This document shows, in pieces, positions 1 through 15,389 of a stretch of DNA of 64,000 bases. How positions within the stretch are numbered: the stretch's first letter is position 1; every line of letters begins with the position of its first letter. Source of the DNA: Eledone cirrhosa (lineage: Eukaryota); contig OZ024743.1 of the NCBI GenBank assembly GCA_964016885.1, positions 329,716,001 to 329,780,000 on the forward strand. Reading direction: 5' to 3'. The notes under the pieces were generated by a model, which was not told the origin of the DNA, searched no databases, and saw only the letters and a program-made list of their open reading frames with translations. A program made the translations under genes and the position numbers.

Positions 1-923
<923 letters not shown>

Positions 924-1489
924 TTCAAAGGGTATATATATATATAATTAGACATAGTCACAAATACATATATGAGTTTGGCAACCATTCACGGTGTGGC
1001 TCAATGAAGAATTAATTAAATAATTATTAATCAGAGCTATATATATATATGCATATAATATATATATATATTTGCATATAATATATGTAAGACACATATG
1101 CATGCATGTATATGTACATATGTGTATATATATTTATATATACACATAGAAACACGCATAAGTATATATATGTGTGTGTGTGTGTTTGGAGAGAGGGAGA
1201 GAGAGAGTACTCACACACGCACTCACACACACACTCACACACACGCACATTGCTGAATCTAGGTGATTCAGTATAAAAGGTATTATATTTTGTTGCAGCA
1301 CATCTGGCCATCTCATGTATCCCGAATGAAATAAAGAGAATAAATGATCTGATGTTAATCAACAACATGGTCATCGATGGAATATCTTTGATTATAATTT
1401 GTCGATCAGACAATTCAGACCGAGGAAACAGTGTTTCTATTGGTCTTTCCAATTGCAAATGCTATCTATCGATCCAACTCTAGCTAGAA

Positions 1490-1612
1490 GGAGCACCGTG
1501 AAATAAAGTGTATCTTGCTCAAGGACATAACGCATCGGCTGGTCCAAGAATCGAACTCACAACCTCATGATTGCGAATCCAGTTCTCTAACCAATCAGCC
1601 ACACCCTTTGAT
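1490..1612 (-). mobile_element. tRNA-derived SINE family 1, partial copy
   Basis: Shares gtgaaataaagtg..cttgctcaagga and gaatcgaactcacaacc (B box on minus strand) with 1780-1917. Confidence 0.6.
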
Positions 1613-1779
1613 CATAGGCCTCCCATAATAAAGGCTAACCTAGGGCTAAACAACGCTATGTTTCTCCGTATGTTGTTGTTGTTACAGCTCACACCTATGC
1701 AGGTTTAGCTGGCCTCCTCCAAGGTATATCTCGTTGGAGGTGTCTTGGGTGATTTAATGATAGGGACCCCAGTCCTATC

Positions 1780-1917
1780 ATCTCATTTATACAGCTGAGT
1801 AAACTGGAGCAACGTGAAATAAAGTGTCTTGCTCAAGGAAACAACACATCAGTCTGAGAATTGAACTCACAACCTTTCGATTGCAAGCCCAATGCTCTAA
1901 CCACTAAGCCATGCGCC
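1780..1917 (-). mobile_element. tRNA-derived SINE family 1
   Basis: Minus strand begins ggcgcatggcttagtggttagagc (A box)...gagttcaattc (B box), then ccttgagcaagacactttatttcac; related copy at ~57377-57600 (+). Confidence 0.7.
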
Positions 1918-2020
1918 TTCAAATGCGCCTTCTCAGTATGTTACCTCTAAAACCATATTACATTCAGCCATAATATTTCCATGAACTCAACATGAAAAAA
2001 CTCTCATCTGTTGAATAAAT

Positions 2021-2393
2021 GTTTCTACTTTTGGCACAAGGCCAGCAATTATCCCAGTGTATTACTGGTACTTTATTTTACCGACCCCGTAACGATGAAA
2101 GGCAAAGTTAACCTCCGCAGGATTAGAACTCAGAATGGCAAGAGCCATAACTCTATGCTGCAAAGCATAGTGTCTGACGCTCTACCGATACTGCCAATCC
2201 ACCGCCCCTTGTTTCTACTTTTGGTACAAGGCCAGCAATTACCCAGTGCGTTACTGCTACTTTATTTTATCGACCCCGTAAGGATGAAAGGCAAAGTTAA
2301 CCTCGGCGGGATTTGAAGTGAGAATGGCAAGGGCCGTAACTTTATGCGTCAAAGCATGGCGTCCGACCCTCTACCGATACTGCCAATCCACCG
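2021..2393 (-). mobile_element. SINE family 2, head-to-tail dimer
   Basis: Two ~185-bp copies (2021-2208, 2211-2393) of gtttctacttt...cgaccccgtaaggatgaaaggcaaagttaacctcggc...ctctaccgatactgccaatccaccg. Confidence 0.75.
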
Positions 2394-2945
2394 TCATCTG
2401 TTGAAGAATGTCAATTCACCTTTGGAATGGTGTCCATATTAACAAGGAGTTAATCTGCTATTGGCAGTAATAGTTCTTTCAACATAAAGAAGGTCTGCCA
2501 ATAAATGGAGGCGACGGAAATATTGAACAAGAGAAAGATCACCAGGCAATTATAGAGAAGTACAGTAAGAAATATAGATATTTAAAAATTGTTTAAATAA
2601 AACAACTTCCGACATTGAAAGTGTAAGATATTTTCTTGGGTTTACTAACCATAAATTATGTCTAGAAAGATATGGATATTATGGAGAGAGAGGAGGTAGG
2701 GAGAAAGAGGGGGAGATGGGGAGAGGGGAAATATAGTTGGAGGGGGAGGGAGAGGGAGAGAGGGAGGGGAGGGAGAAGGAAAGAGGGAGCGGGAGGGAGA
2801 GAGAGAGAGAAAGGGAGAGAAAGGAGAGAGAGAGAGGACATTTTATAACCAAGAAGTTAAGATACAATATATATTGTCCAAGATCTACCTCTCTTTCTCC
2901 CTCCCACCATTTATCACACAACGGTCCCCTTTATGTGATCTTCCG

Positions 2946-2978
<33 letters not shown>

Positions 2979-2999
2979 CCAGACAGGGAGAGGGGGTCA

Positions 3000-3001
3000 G
3001 T

Positions 3002-3043
<42 letters not shown>

Positions 3044-3185
3044 CACAGACATAGAGAGAGAAAGAGACAGAGGCAGGGAGACAAAGAGAGGGGGTCAGAG
3101 AGAGAGAGATAGAAAGAGAGAGAGAGATACACAGACATAGAGAGAGAGAGACAGAGGCAGGGAGATAGAGAGTGGTGGGGTCAGT

Positions 3186-3225
<40 letters not shown>

Positions 3226-3230
3226 CACAG

Positions 3231-3285
<55 letters not shown>

Positions 3286-3828
3286 CAGAGATAGGGGGTC
3301 AGAGATAGAGAGAGAGAGACAGGGAGACAGAGAGAGGGGGTCATAGACAGAGAGAGAGACAGGGAGACAGAGTAAGGGGTGGCAGAGTTAGAGAGAGGGG
3401 GTCAGAGATAGAGAAAGAGACAGGGAGAGAGAGAGAGGGTGTCCGAGAGAGAGAGACAGGGAGACAGAGAGAGGGGGTCAGAGACAGAGAGAGCGAGACA
3501 GGGAGACAGAGAGAGGGGTGTCAGAGACAGAGAGAGAGACAGAGAGAGGGGGTCAGAGACAGAGTGGAGAGACGGGGAGACAGAGAGAGGGGGTCAGAGA
3601 CAGAGAGAGACTCAGGGAGAGAGAGAGGGTGTCAGAGAGAGAGAGAGAGAGAGAGAGACAGGGAGACAGAGAGAGGGGTGTCAGAGACAGAGAGAGAGAC
3701 AGGGAGACAGAGAGAGGGTGTTAGAGACAGAGAGAGAGACATGGAGACAGAGAGAGAGACATGGAGACAGAGAGAGAGACAGGGAGACAGAGAGAGGGGG
3801 TCAGAGATAAAGAGAGAGGGGTGTCAGA

Positions 3829-3859
<31 letters not shown>

Positions 3860-5135
3860 GGAGACAGAGAGAGACAGGGAGACAGAGAGAGGGTGTCAGA
3901 GACAGAGAGAGAGAGACAGGGAGACAAAGAGAGGGTGTCAGAGATAGAGAGAGAGACAGGGAGACATAGAGAGGGTGTCAGAGACAGAGAGAGAGACAGG
4001 GAGACAGAGAGAGTGGGGTCAGAGACAGAGAGAGAGACAGGGAGACAGAGATGGGTGTCAGAGACAGAGAGAGAGAGACAGGGAGACAGAGAGAGGGGTG
4101 TCAGAGACAGAGAGAGATACAGGGAGACAGAGAGAGGGGGTCAGAAACAGAGAGAGAGAGACAGGGAGACAGAGAGAGGGGTGTCAGAGACAGAGAGAGA
4201 GAGAGACAGGGAGACAGAGAGAGGGGTGTCAGAGACAGAGAGAGAGAGAGACAGGGAGACAAAGAGAGAGTGTCAGAGACAGAGAGAGAGACAGGGAGAC
4301 AGAGAGGGGGTGTCAGAGACAGAGAGAGAGAGACAGGGAGACAGAGAGAGGGGTGTCAGAGACAGAGAGAGAGACAGGGAGACAGAGAGAGGGTGTCAGA
4401 GACAGAGAGAGAGAGACAGGGAGACAGAGAGAGGGGGTCAGAGACAGAGAGAGAGACAGGGAGACAGAGAGAGGAGTGTCAGAAACAGAGAGAGAGACAG
4501 GGAGACAGAAAGAGGGGGTCAGAGACAGAGAGAGAGACAGGGAGACAGAGAGAGGGGGTCAGAGACAGAGATAGAGACAGGGAGACAGAGAGAGGGTGTC
4601 AGAGACAGAGAGAGAGAGTCAGGGAGACAGAGAGGGGTGTCAGAGACAGAGAGAGAGACAGGTAGACAGAGAGAGGGGGTCAGAGACAGAGAGAGAGACA
4701 GGGAGACAGAGATAGGGGGTCAGAGACAGAGAGATAGACAGGGAGACAGAGAGAGGGGGTCAGAGACAGAGAGAGAGACAGGGAGACAGAGAGAGGGTGT
4801 CAGAGACAGAGAGGGAGAGACAGGGAGACAGAGAGAGGGGGTCAGAGATAGAGAGAACGACAGGGAGACAGAGAGTGGGGTGTCAGAGACAGAGAGAGAG
4901 AGTCAGGGAGACAGAGAGAGGGGGTCAGAGACAGAGAGAGAGACAGGGGGACAGAGAGCGAGACAGGGAGACAGATAGAGGGTGTCAGAGACAGAGAGAG
5001 AGACAGGGAGACAGAGAGAGGGTGTCAGAGACAGAGAGAGAGACAGGGAGACAGAGAGGGGGTGTCAGAGAGAGAGAGAGAGAGAGAGACAGGGAGACAG
5101 AGAGAGGGGGTCAGAGACAGAGAGAGAGAGAGATA
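3000..5135. repeat. GA-rich compound minisatellite (~40-bp unit gagacagagagagagacagggagacagagagagggggtca)
   Basis: Direct inspection; source of the R/E/G/D/Q low-complexity ORFs. Confidence 0.95.
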
Positions 5136-5259
5136 GAAAGACAAAGTGACAGTGGTTATATATGAGTCTCAATGTATATAGTATGTCATTTCTGCATCTT
5201 TCATACTGACTTCCTCTCTCCATCTTTAATAAATCAGACAGACAAATGATTTCAAAGAA

Positions 5260-5316
<57 letters not shown>

Positions 5317-5556
5317 AATATATATATATATAAATATATATATATACACATATATACATATACATATGTGTGCATACATAGATATACATCATATACATAT
5401 ATATATATATATATACATATATGTAGATAAATCTACCAAGAGTTTACGGTAGTGTCCAATCCGTATGAAGAACTCAATGTAGTCCGGATATCATGGAAAG
5501 AAGAGATGCAATGAAAAATCACTTTCGGTGAAAGATAAACGGAATACAGAGTCAAG

Positions 5557-5722
5557 ATAAAATATTAAAAAAATAATGAATAAAACAATGAAACAGTTCC
5601 TTATATTAAACAAAAAAAGTTCATTATTTAACGTTAAATAATGAACTTAAATAATGAACTTTTTTTGTTTAATATAAGGAACTGTTTCATTGTTTTATTC
5701 ATTATTTTTTAAATATTTTATA
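5557..5722. repeat. AT-rich inverted repeat (~75-bp arms) abutting (TA)n
   Basis: ataaaatattaaaaaaataatgaataaaacaatgaaacagttccttatattaaacaaaaaaagttcattatttaa is followed by its near-perfect reverse complement. Confidence 0.85.
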
Positions 5723-5785
5723 TATATATATATATATATATACATATCACATGCATATATATATTATATATATATATATATATAG

Positions 5786-5819
<34 letters not shown>

Positions 5820-5926
5820 ATGCATATAATATACTTATATATATAATAATATAATGGTATACACACAAATGTATACATGTATATATACATATGTGTATAT
5901 ATATTTATATACATACAAACACTCAC

Positions 5927-5989
<63 letters not shown>

Positions 5990-6045
5990 AATCTTAGACA
6001 AGGAACAAAAACAGAGGCAGTACTAGAGAGAGAGAGAGAGAGAGT

Positions 6046-6129
<84 letters not shown>

Positions 6130-6339
6130 TACAGTGCTGAGACTGAGGAGACCACTAATCATGGGAGTACTCAATACACAGGGAGATGCAGAGTGGGTAT
6201 AGAGATACATAAATCACACTCAGACGTGTGTATGTCTTTCTCTAATATTTCTTACCTAACATCTCAACCTGTATTACTGCTCGAATTAAAATAAAATGTG
6301 ACACTTTTCTGGTAGTTGTGTGTGTGTGTGTGTGTGAGT

Positions 6340-6400
<61 letters not shown>

Positions 6401-6412
6401 TGTGTGTGTGTC

Positions 6413-6443
<31 letters not shown>

Positions 6444-6457
6444 GTGTGTGTGTCTGT

Positions 6458-6496
<39 letters not shown>

Positions 6497-6518
6497 TGTG
6501 TGTGTGTGTGTGTGTGTC

Positions 6519-6550
<32 letters not shown>

Positions 6551-6639
6551 TGTGTGTGTATCTGTGAATGTTTGTGTTACAGTAAAGGATCATTGCATAT
6601 GCAATAATAAGTGTAACATAAAAATGGAGTAACGTTACT

Positions 6640-6975
6640 TGATAGAGTGCGTAGCTCGGAGATGAAAGTGTCACTCCAGGTAGAGCCGCTACTTCTTCGA
6701 ATTAAGAGAACACAGCTCTGATACTATGGGCATGTGGTTAGTATGTCACAGGAAAGAATCGCTGGACAGAGCTTACGGGCAAAACCAACAGGTAAGAGAC
6801 CTGGGGTAGTCTCCGAGCAAGATGGTTGGATAACAACCATGAGCTTGGCTGGTGTCACTTGGGGATCCAGCCAGATTACCTGAAGTTGGTTGCTTCTGAC
6901 AGGACCCACTGGATGGAGTGTTTGAGAACTCTGCCCCCATGACCCTCTCAGGAATAAGTGGGCAAAGAAGAAGAA
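6640..6975 (+). mobile_element. RTE-clade LINE 3' fragment (decayed)
   Basis: Manual translation RSSEMKVSLQVEPLLLRIKRTQL*YYGHVV...KPTGKRPG...RWLDN...LGW.HLGI...DRTHW matches the RTE C-terminal pattern; gaagaag tail. Confidence 0.7.
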
Positions 6976-7259
6976 ATAGAATATACAAAACAGAAAAAAA
7001 AGCAAAAGAAATGGGAGGGAGGGAATTTAAATTGTATAAAGGCAGATAGGGAGGTAGAAAGCTGGTCACCATTTGCTGACCCCCACTGACAAAATGGCAA
7101 AAGCATTACCACCAAGAGCCAGCTGCACCTGCTACATCAGCTACTCCACCTGACCAGAGATTAAGGACACATGGTTTCAAGAGGGACTGGAATGAAGAGG
7201 CAGCGATCGGTCAAGTCTGGGAACCCTATAAAGATTATAAACATATCCTCCGCTTTACT

Positions 7260-7440
7260 GTGGTAGTCTGGCAACCGAGAGTACTTAAGGGGTCAACAGC
7301 GACTGGAATGGAGGGGAGGCGGTCAGTCAAGTCGCAATACATGGGTACCTTCCGCTCCTCCGTGGCAGTGTGGGGGGGGGGGGGGTCCAGGAACCTGGGA
7401 GCGCACCAGAGGTCTCGACAGCAACCGGCAGAAACAGGAG
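7260..7440 (-). mobile_element. CRE-like RLE C-terminal fragments (decayed)
   Basis: [12 protein letters not shown] and [29 protein letters not shown] resemble the KY..L...F.PvAVETxG motif at 55624-56085. Confidence 0.5.
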
Positions 7441-7479
7441 GTGGTGTGTCCGCTCAACTTGGGCAGACGATAAAATCAA

Positions 7480-7713
7480 CGACGACGACAGTAACAAAGA
7501 CAACAGCAGCAGCAGTAACAAAAGCAGCAGTAACAACAGCAGCAGTAGTAGCTACAGCAGCAGTAGTAGTAGCTACAGCAGCAGTAACAACAACGGCAGC
7601 AGCAGCAGTAGTAACAACAGCAGCAGTAGTAGTAGCTACAGCAGCAGCAACCGTAACAACAGCATCAACAGCAGCAGTAACAACGGCAGCAGCAGCAGCA
7701 GTAACAACAACAA

Positions 7714-7748
<35 letters not shown>

Positions 7749-7778
7749 GCAGCAACAACAGCAGCAGTAACAACAACA
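7480..7778. repeat. Mixed (CAG/CAA/TAG/TAA) trinucleotide repeat
   Basis: Direct inspection. Confidence 0.9.
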
Positions 7779-7850
7779 TATCGTTAGTAGGTGAGACAAG
7801 CTGCACGTGGCAGGACTTACTGGTGAAGACATGGGATGTATACAGTAGGA

Positions 7851-7915
<65 letters not shown>

Positions 7916-7928
7916 ATATATATATATA

Positions 7929-8017
<89 letters not shown>

Positions 8018-8157
8018 ATATATGTATGTGTGTGTGTGTATATATCTATATATGTATGTGTGTGGGTGTATATATATACATATATATATATATATGCAAT
8101 ATATATTATATTATGGAATACTGTTGGCTTCTTGCTACAATACTTTCTATACCTTTC

Positions 8158-8242
<85 letters not shown>

Positions 8243-8327
8243 GGAGGTGAGTTTTATTGTAGTACAATAAAGCAATGCAGATATCGGATAAGAAGCACTC
8301 AACAGTTTGTAGGACTGGAGTATACAT

Positions 8328-8562
8328 AATATAAGATCAAAAGATGGTTAAAGGAGTTCCATGTATTTTATTATGCGCATTTCAAAAACAATGATATGTT
8401 GATTTAAAACTGCACTATCCACAAGTGTTTTTTAGCCTTCATATCATGTTCTCCTGTTTTATCTGATGAAAACACAAATATTATTGCATGATGATGTTTG
8501 TTTTTGAAATGCGCATAATAAAATACATGGAACTCCTTTAACCATCTTTTGATCTTATATTA
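8328..8562 (+). mobile_element. Hammerhead cassette family A (Penelope-like end) with inverted partial copy
   Basis: 8328-8391 is the reverse complement of ~8498-8562; flanked by TA-rich sequence. Confidence 0.7.
8457..8523 (+). ncRNA. Type I hammerhead ribozyme, canonical core
   Basis: Stem I ttttat/ataaaa; CTGATGA 8463-8469; stem II aaaca...tgtttt; GAAA 8506-8509; palindromic stem III atgcgcat; ATA cleavage triplet. Confidence 0.75.
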
Positions 8563-8640
8563 TATATATATATATATACATGTAATATGTATATATATAT
8601 ATATATGCATGTATTATATATATATATATTTATATATATA

Positions 8641-8865
8641 TAACGAAGGAAATGTGGTAAGGAACCAGATGGACCATAACGCACCAAAGTACTCAATACT
8701 TAGGGTAGTAGAGTGGGCGATAGGAACGAATAGAACTCCGACGGCTGAGCTCAAGCCGTTTCGACGGCTAATTCTGAAGAAAAAAAAAAAAAAACTTCTT
8801 TTTTTTTTCAGTCCAGAATTAGTCGTCGAAACGGCTTGAGCTCAGCCGCCGGGGTCCTATTCGTT

Positions 8866-8869
<4 letters not shown>
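8641..8869. mobile_element. Fold-back cassette family B (half-hammerhead), in (TA)n
   Basis: taacgaaggaaatgtggtaaggaacc...gacggctgagctcaagccgtttcgacggctaattctg, then inverted short arm gaaacggcttgagctcagccg...; 7 copies in window. Confidence 0.75.
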
Positions 8870-8938
<69 letters not shown>

Positions 8939-8995
8939 GGAAAAAAATGAAACGAAATTTCATTTCCCACTCTTAGTACGGCTGTTACTTAAATA

Positions 8996-9601
8996 TAAGT
9001 ATGTATACGTACATGCATATATGTATACAGCCGTACAGTAGTATGTATATATATATACATACATGCACACATATATATATGTACGTATCGATTCACCGAA
9101 CATTTATTATAATGCTCGGTGTGTTTGTAAACAAACATCCCGTATTAAGCCGTAGTGTCCAGCAACCATCGTTGCTCATTTGTTCAACACTGACAAAGGA
9201 ACGCTGTACTAGTTTCAAGCTTATTAGCTATTGTCAGCAACGTATACCTTCCTGCACCGGTGCACCCGGCCGATTAACCCACTCGATATGTAAATTGGGC
9301 TACTCAGCCGTTAATATGCATAAGGTAAGTATATACGTTCAACAATCTGGCAGGTAGGTATACGTTGCTGACGATAGCTAATAAGCTTGAAACTAGTACA
9401 GCGTTCCTTTGTCAGTGTTGAACAAACGAGCAACGATGGTTGCTGGACACTACAGCTTAATACTGGATGTTTGTTTACAAACACACCGAGCATTATAATA
9501 AATGTTCGGTGAATCCATACGTACATATATATGTGTGCATGTATATATTTATATACATACTACTGTACGTCTGTATAGATATATGCATGTACGTGTACAT
9601 A

Positions 9602-9606
<5 letters not shown>
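8996..9606. mobile_element. MITE-like element with ~255-bp terminal inverted repeats
   Basis: 8996-9249 is the near-perfect reverse complement of 9357-9606; ~105-bp spacer; TA context. Confidence 0.75.
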
Positions 9607-9685
<79 letters not shown>

Positions 9686-9853
9686 CACACACACTCTCTT
9701 TCACACTCTCACACTCACACACACACTCTCTCTCTCACACACACATATATACACACACGCGCATACACACACACACATACACACACATACATATATATAT
9801 ATATAGAGAGAGAGAGAGACTGAGAGAGAAAGATGCTTGTGTTTGTATGTACG

Positions 9854-9912
<59 letters not shown>

Positions 9913-9915
<3 letters not shown>

Positions 9916-10043
9916 GCCGTCGAAACGGCTTGAGCTCAGCCGTCGGGGTCTTACTTGTTCCTATTACCCACTCTACTACCCTAAGTATTGAGTACTTTGG
10001 TGCGTTATGGTCCACCTGGTTCCTTACCACATTTCCTTCGTTA
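9913..10043 (+). mobile_element. Family B cassette, long arm only
   Basis: tagccgtcgaaacggcttgagctcagccgtcggggtc...catttccttcgtta between (TA)n runs. Confidence 0.75.
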
Positions 10044-10102
10044 TATATATATATATATATATATAATATAAGATCAAAAGATGGTTAAAGGAGTTCCATG
10101 TA

Positions 10103-10169
10103 TTTTATTATGCGCATTTCAAAAACAAACATCATCATGCAATAATATTTGTGTTTTCATCAGATAAAA
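10103..10169 (-). ncRNA. Type I hammerhead ribozyme (family A, inverted copy)
   Basis: 10066-10231 appears to be an exact reverse complement of ~8395-8560. Confidence 0.75.
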
Positions 10170-10224
10170 CAGGAGAACATGATATGAAGGCTAAAAAACA
10201 CTTGTGGATAGTGCAGTTTTAAAT

Positions 10225-10322
<98 letters not shown>

Positions 10323-10351
10323 ATTTATATATATAAATATATATATTTATA

Positions 10352-10977
10352 TATCCACACTGTTGTCCTTCTCTTCTCCACTTTTGCCCGACCCCACCTT
10401 GAATACTGTTGTCCACTGTGGTCACCCCACATGAAACAAAGTATCATGAAAGTTGAAGCACCCCAAAGGTCAATTACAAAAAAGATAGATGGCATGACAG
10501 GCCGTGACTTATCGATTAGAAAAGCTCAACCTTTATTCTCTTCAACGTCGCCGTGAGCGCTACATTATCTGTATCATGTGGAAAGTATTCCATCAGCTTA
10601 GCCTAAATGATGTTGGCATCACCTTTAGTGTACACCCAAGGCTTGGGCCCCGTGCTATCCGCCCACGACAAAAATCCCATAACAACAATACGGCACAATT
10701 ATTTCACCTCAATTGGCCCTGATCTCTTTAACATTACACCAAAACACATCAAAGCAGAGACAGACCCCATCAATTTCAAGAAGTCTTTGGATAAATTCCT
10801 TCAAGAAATCCCGGATAAGCCTCCTACACCTGGATATGCCCCCGTAAACAATAACTCTCTGCTCGAGTGGGCCATGGTGCCCAAACACTGATTTGTAAGA
10901 CTGCGCCAGGTGGTGCTATTAAGTTAGACATGGCCTGGGTCAATACTGGCCGAAACCTATTAAAGTTGTAAAGTTAT
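10352..10977 (+). mobile_element. CR1/L2-like LINE, 3' fragment
   Basis: [40 protein letters not shown]; homologous to 47222-47860; ends ccgaaacctattaaagttgtaaagtta. Confidence 0.8.
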
Positions 10978-11996
10978 ATATATATATATATAATGCACAT
11001 ATAGATATTTATGCAGATATGTCTCTCTGTGTGTCCGTATAATCACATATAGATAACCACACACACACACACGCGCGTGTGTATGTGTGTGTGTAGGTGT
11101 GTGTGTGTAAGTATGTATGTCATGTGTGGTTATCACAGGCAATTTACTTCTTTATGCAACAACGCACACACAAGAATACATAAGAGAACATATATGTGAT
11201 TCACATAAACACACACACACACAGGCACACACATACATACATACTACATACATACATGGTGGCTGCCAACTCGTTTTCGAGTACGGCCACTACTTTATAT
11301 CTATGTAGGAGAACCCCCACCGATGCGCTGAACGAGTGTGACTTTTTAGTCCAGCCAGCGACTTGAAAACTCTGGTACAAACACTATACTTGTGACAATT
11401 ATTGGCACATAGTGCTGGGCCCATGGTATCATGTGACGACAAGTGCAGAGAGATCTCCAGATATAAAGCAATGCCTGTGCCGTGAAGCTTTTATAGTGAG
11501 CAAAGGCACTGCTCTAAGCCAGTCCCACTCTCTTAACCAAGATGATATTTACCAAAAAGAAGAACAAGTCAACATCATTAGATACCATCAGGGTTGCAGG
11601 TGTTATATCAGAGTTTTCCTTCTCCTAGAATTCTGCCTTGACAAAGGCTAAGGGGTCATCTCTCCCGGTGATTTTGGATGGCTATTGACTCTTAAGAGCT
11701 CCTTTGCCCTTTGATATACATACATACATGCATACATACATACATACATACATACAGACAGACACACACACATACATACATACATACATACATCATACAT
11801 ACAGACACACACACAAAAATACATACATACATACATTCATTCATATATACATACATACACACATACATACACACATACATATATACATACATACACACAT
11901 ACATACACACATACATACACACATACATACACACATACATACATAATAGAAAGTATGTTTTTCACATAAACACATACAAAGATACATAAAAGGACA

Positions 11997-12181
11997 TTGT
12001 GGATTGGCAGTATCGGTAGAGGGTCAGACACCATGATTTGCAGCATAGAGTTACGGCCCTTGCCATTCTGAGTTCAAATCCCGCCGAGGTTAACTTTGCC
12101 TTTCATCCTTACGGAGTCGTTAAAATAAAGTACCAGTAATGTACTGGTTAAATTTGCTGACCTTGTGCCAAAAGTAGAAAC

Positions 12182-12182
<1 letters not shown>
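11997..12182 (+). mobile_element. SINE family 2
   Basis: gtggattggcagtatcggtagag...gagttcaaatcccgccgaggttaactttgcctttcatcc...gtgccaaaagtagaaac. Confidence 0.75.
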
Positions 12183-12221
<39 letters not shown>

Positions 12222-12298
12222 GGTGTTGGATGCTTAAAGCGTCCGTATGCGGTGGGCCGTTTGAGCACTCGATGCTGTCATAGAGCAGAGTATAATAT

Positions 12299-12354
<56 letters not shown>

Positions 12355-12357
<3 letters not shown>

Positions 12358-14915
12358 CACAAACACACACAAAGATAAACACACACACAGACAAACACAC
12401 ACACAGATAAACACACACACAGACAAACACACATACAGACAAACACACACACAGACAAACACAGATACAGACAAACACACACACAGACAAACACACACAC
12501 AGATAAACACACACACAGACAAACACACATACAGACAAACACACACACAGACAAACACACACACAGATAAACACACACACAGACAAACACACATACAGAC
12601 AAACACACACACAGACAAACACACATACAGATAAACACACACACAGACAAACACACATACAGATAAACACACACACAGACAAACACACATACAGACAAAC
12701 ACACACACAGACAAACACACATACAGACAAACACACACACAGACAAACACACATACAGACAAACACACACACAGACAAACACACACACAGATAAACACAC
12801 ACACAGACAAACACACATACAGACAAACACACACACAGACAAACACACATACAGACAAACACACACACAGACAAACACACATACAGACAAACACACACAC
12901 AGACAAACACACACACATACAAACACACTGACAGACAAACACACACAAAATACAATAATAGAAAGTGTATATTGTTCACATAAACACACACACTGATAGA
13001 CACAACTTACACACACACGCACTCTACGCACACATATACACACCCTACACACAGACACACACACACTTTACACACTCTACACACACAACACCGACATACA
13101 CCCCACACACACACAGACACCGACAGACACACTCTACACATATCGACTAACACAGCACGCACACACACAGTTACATACACACACACACGCACAGTGACAC
13201 ACACACACACAGTGACACACACACGCACACAGTTACATACACACACACACACACACACAGTGATACAAACACAGTAACACACACACACAGTGATACACAC
13301 ACAGTGACACACACACAGTGACACACACACATACAGTGATACACACACAGTAACACATACACAGTGATACACACACAGTAACACACATACACACACACGC
13401 ACAGTGATACACACAGTGATACACACACAGTGACACACACACAGTAATACACACAGTGACACACATACACACGTAGTGACACACACACAGTGATACACCC
13501 AGTGACACACACACACACACACGTAGTGATACACACACAGTGATACACACAGTGACACACACACACACACACGTAGTGATACACACACAGTGATACACAC
13601 AGTGATACACACAGTGACACACACACACACACACGTAGTGATACACACACAGTGATACACACAGTGATACACACAGTGACACACACACACACACACGTAG
13701 TGATACACACACAGCGATACACGCAGTGACACACACACAAACACATACGTAGTGACACACACATAGTAATACATGCAGTGACACATCACACAGTGACACA
13801 CACACACGCAGTGACACACTCAGTGATACACACAGTGACACACACACAGTAATACACACAGTGACACACACACAGTAATAGACACAGTGACACACACACA
13901 CACACGTAGTGACACACACATAGTAATACACACAGTGGTATACACACACAGTGACACACACACACAGTGACATTCACACACGTAGTGACGCACACACAGT
14001 GACACACACACACAATGACGCACACACACATTAACACACACGCACACACATATAGTGCTACACACACAGTGACACACACACACAGTGACACACACAGACA
14101 TCAACAGACCCTACACATACAATGACACACACTCACACAGTGACACACGCACCGGCATTGACAGCCCTCCCACGTACATACAATGACACACACACAAACA
14201 CACAATGAGACACACACACATAATGACACACACACACATACACAATGACACACACACACACACAATGACACACACATAATGACACATACATACAATGACA
14301 CACACACACAATGACACACACACATAATGACACACACACACACACACACAATGACACACACACACACAATGACACACACATACAATGACACACACACACC
14401 CAATGGCACACCCACACACAATGACACACACATACACACACAATGACACACACACACACAATGACACACACACACACACAATGACACACACACACAATGA
14501 CACACACATACAATGACACACACACATACAATGACACACACACAACGACACACACATACACAATGACACACACACACAATGACATACACACACAACCTCA
14601 CATACACACACACATACAATGACACACACACACACACACAATGACACACACATAATGACACATACATACAATGACACACTCACATAATGACACACACATA
14701 CAATGACACACTCACACAATGACACACACACACAATGACACACACATACAATGACACACACACATACAATGACACACACACAACGACACACACATACACA
14801 ATGACACACACACACAATGACATACACACACAACCTCACACACACACAATGACACATACATACAATGACACACACACACACACAATGACACACACACACA
14901 ATGACACAGACACAC
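12355..14915. repeat. CA-rich compound satellites (cagacaaacacacata; agtga(ca)n; aatga(ca)n)
   Basis: Direct inspection; repeated at 15590-17966. Confidence 0.95.
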
Positions 14916-15389
14916 AGAGAAAGCAGCACACATGTACGCAACTAATAAGTCGTATAATGTCTGGTTATATGAATAGCCATAATTCAAAAGCCAGAACGGT
15001 TGAGACGGAGGGGTGGAGTAGGCAGCACGGCACGGCACCTCTATACTATCATAGCATACAGACATATTAAATATTCATTACATGTCTCTCTCTCTCTCTT
15101 TCTCCTGTCCTTTATCTTTCTGCTCCACCCCTCTCTCTCTCCCTCTCCGTCCCTCACTCTCTCTGTTCCCTCCTCTCCCTCTCTCTTTCTCTCTCGCCCT
15201 CCTATCTCTCTCTCCCTCCTATCTCTCTCCTGTCCTTTATCTCTCTGCTCCCCCTCTCTCTCTGTGTCTTTCATACACTCTCTCTCTCCGTCTCTCTCTC
15301 TCCTGTCCTTTATCTCTTTGTTCCCGCCTCTTTCTCTCTCCCTCCCTGCTTTATCTCTCCTTCCATTATCTCTCTGTCGCTTCCCGTCA

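Noticed and set aside
3761-4978. 405-aa R/E-rich ORF
   Set aside because: Product of the GA-rich minisatellite, open in all three frames
7260-7787. Mucin-like T/A-rich or S/N-rich ORF
   Set aside because: Trinucleotide repeat open in several frames and fused to retroelement debris
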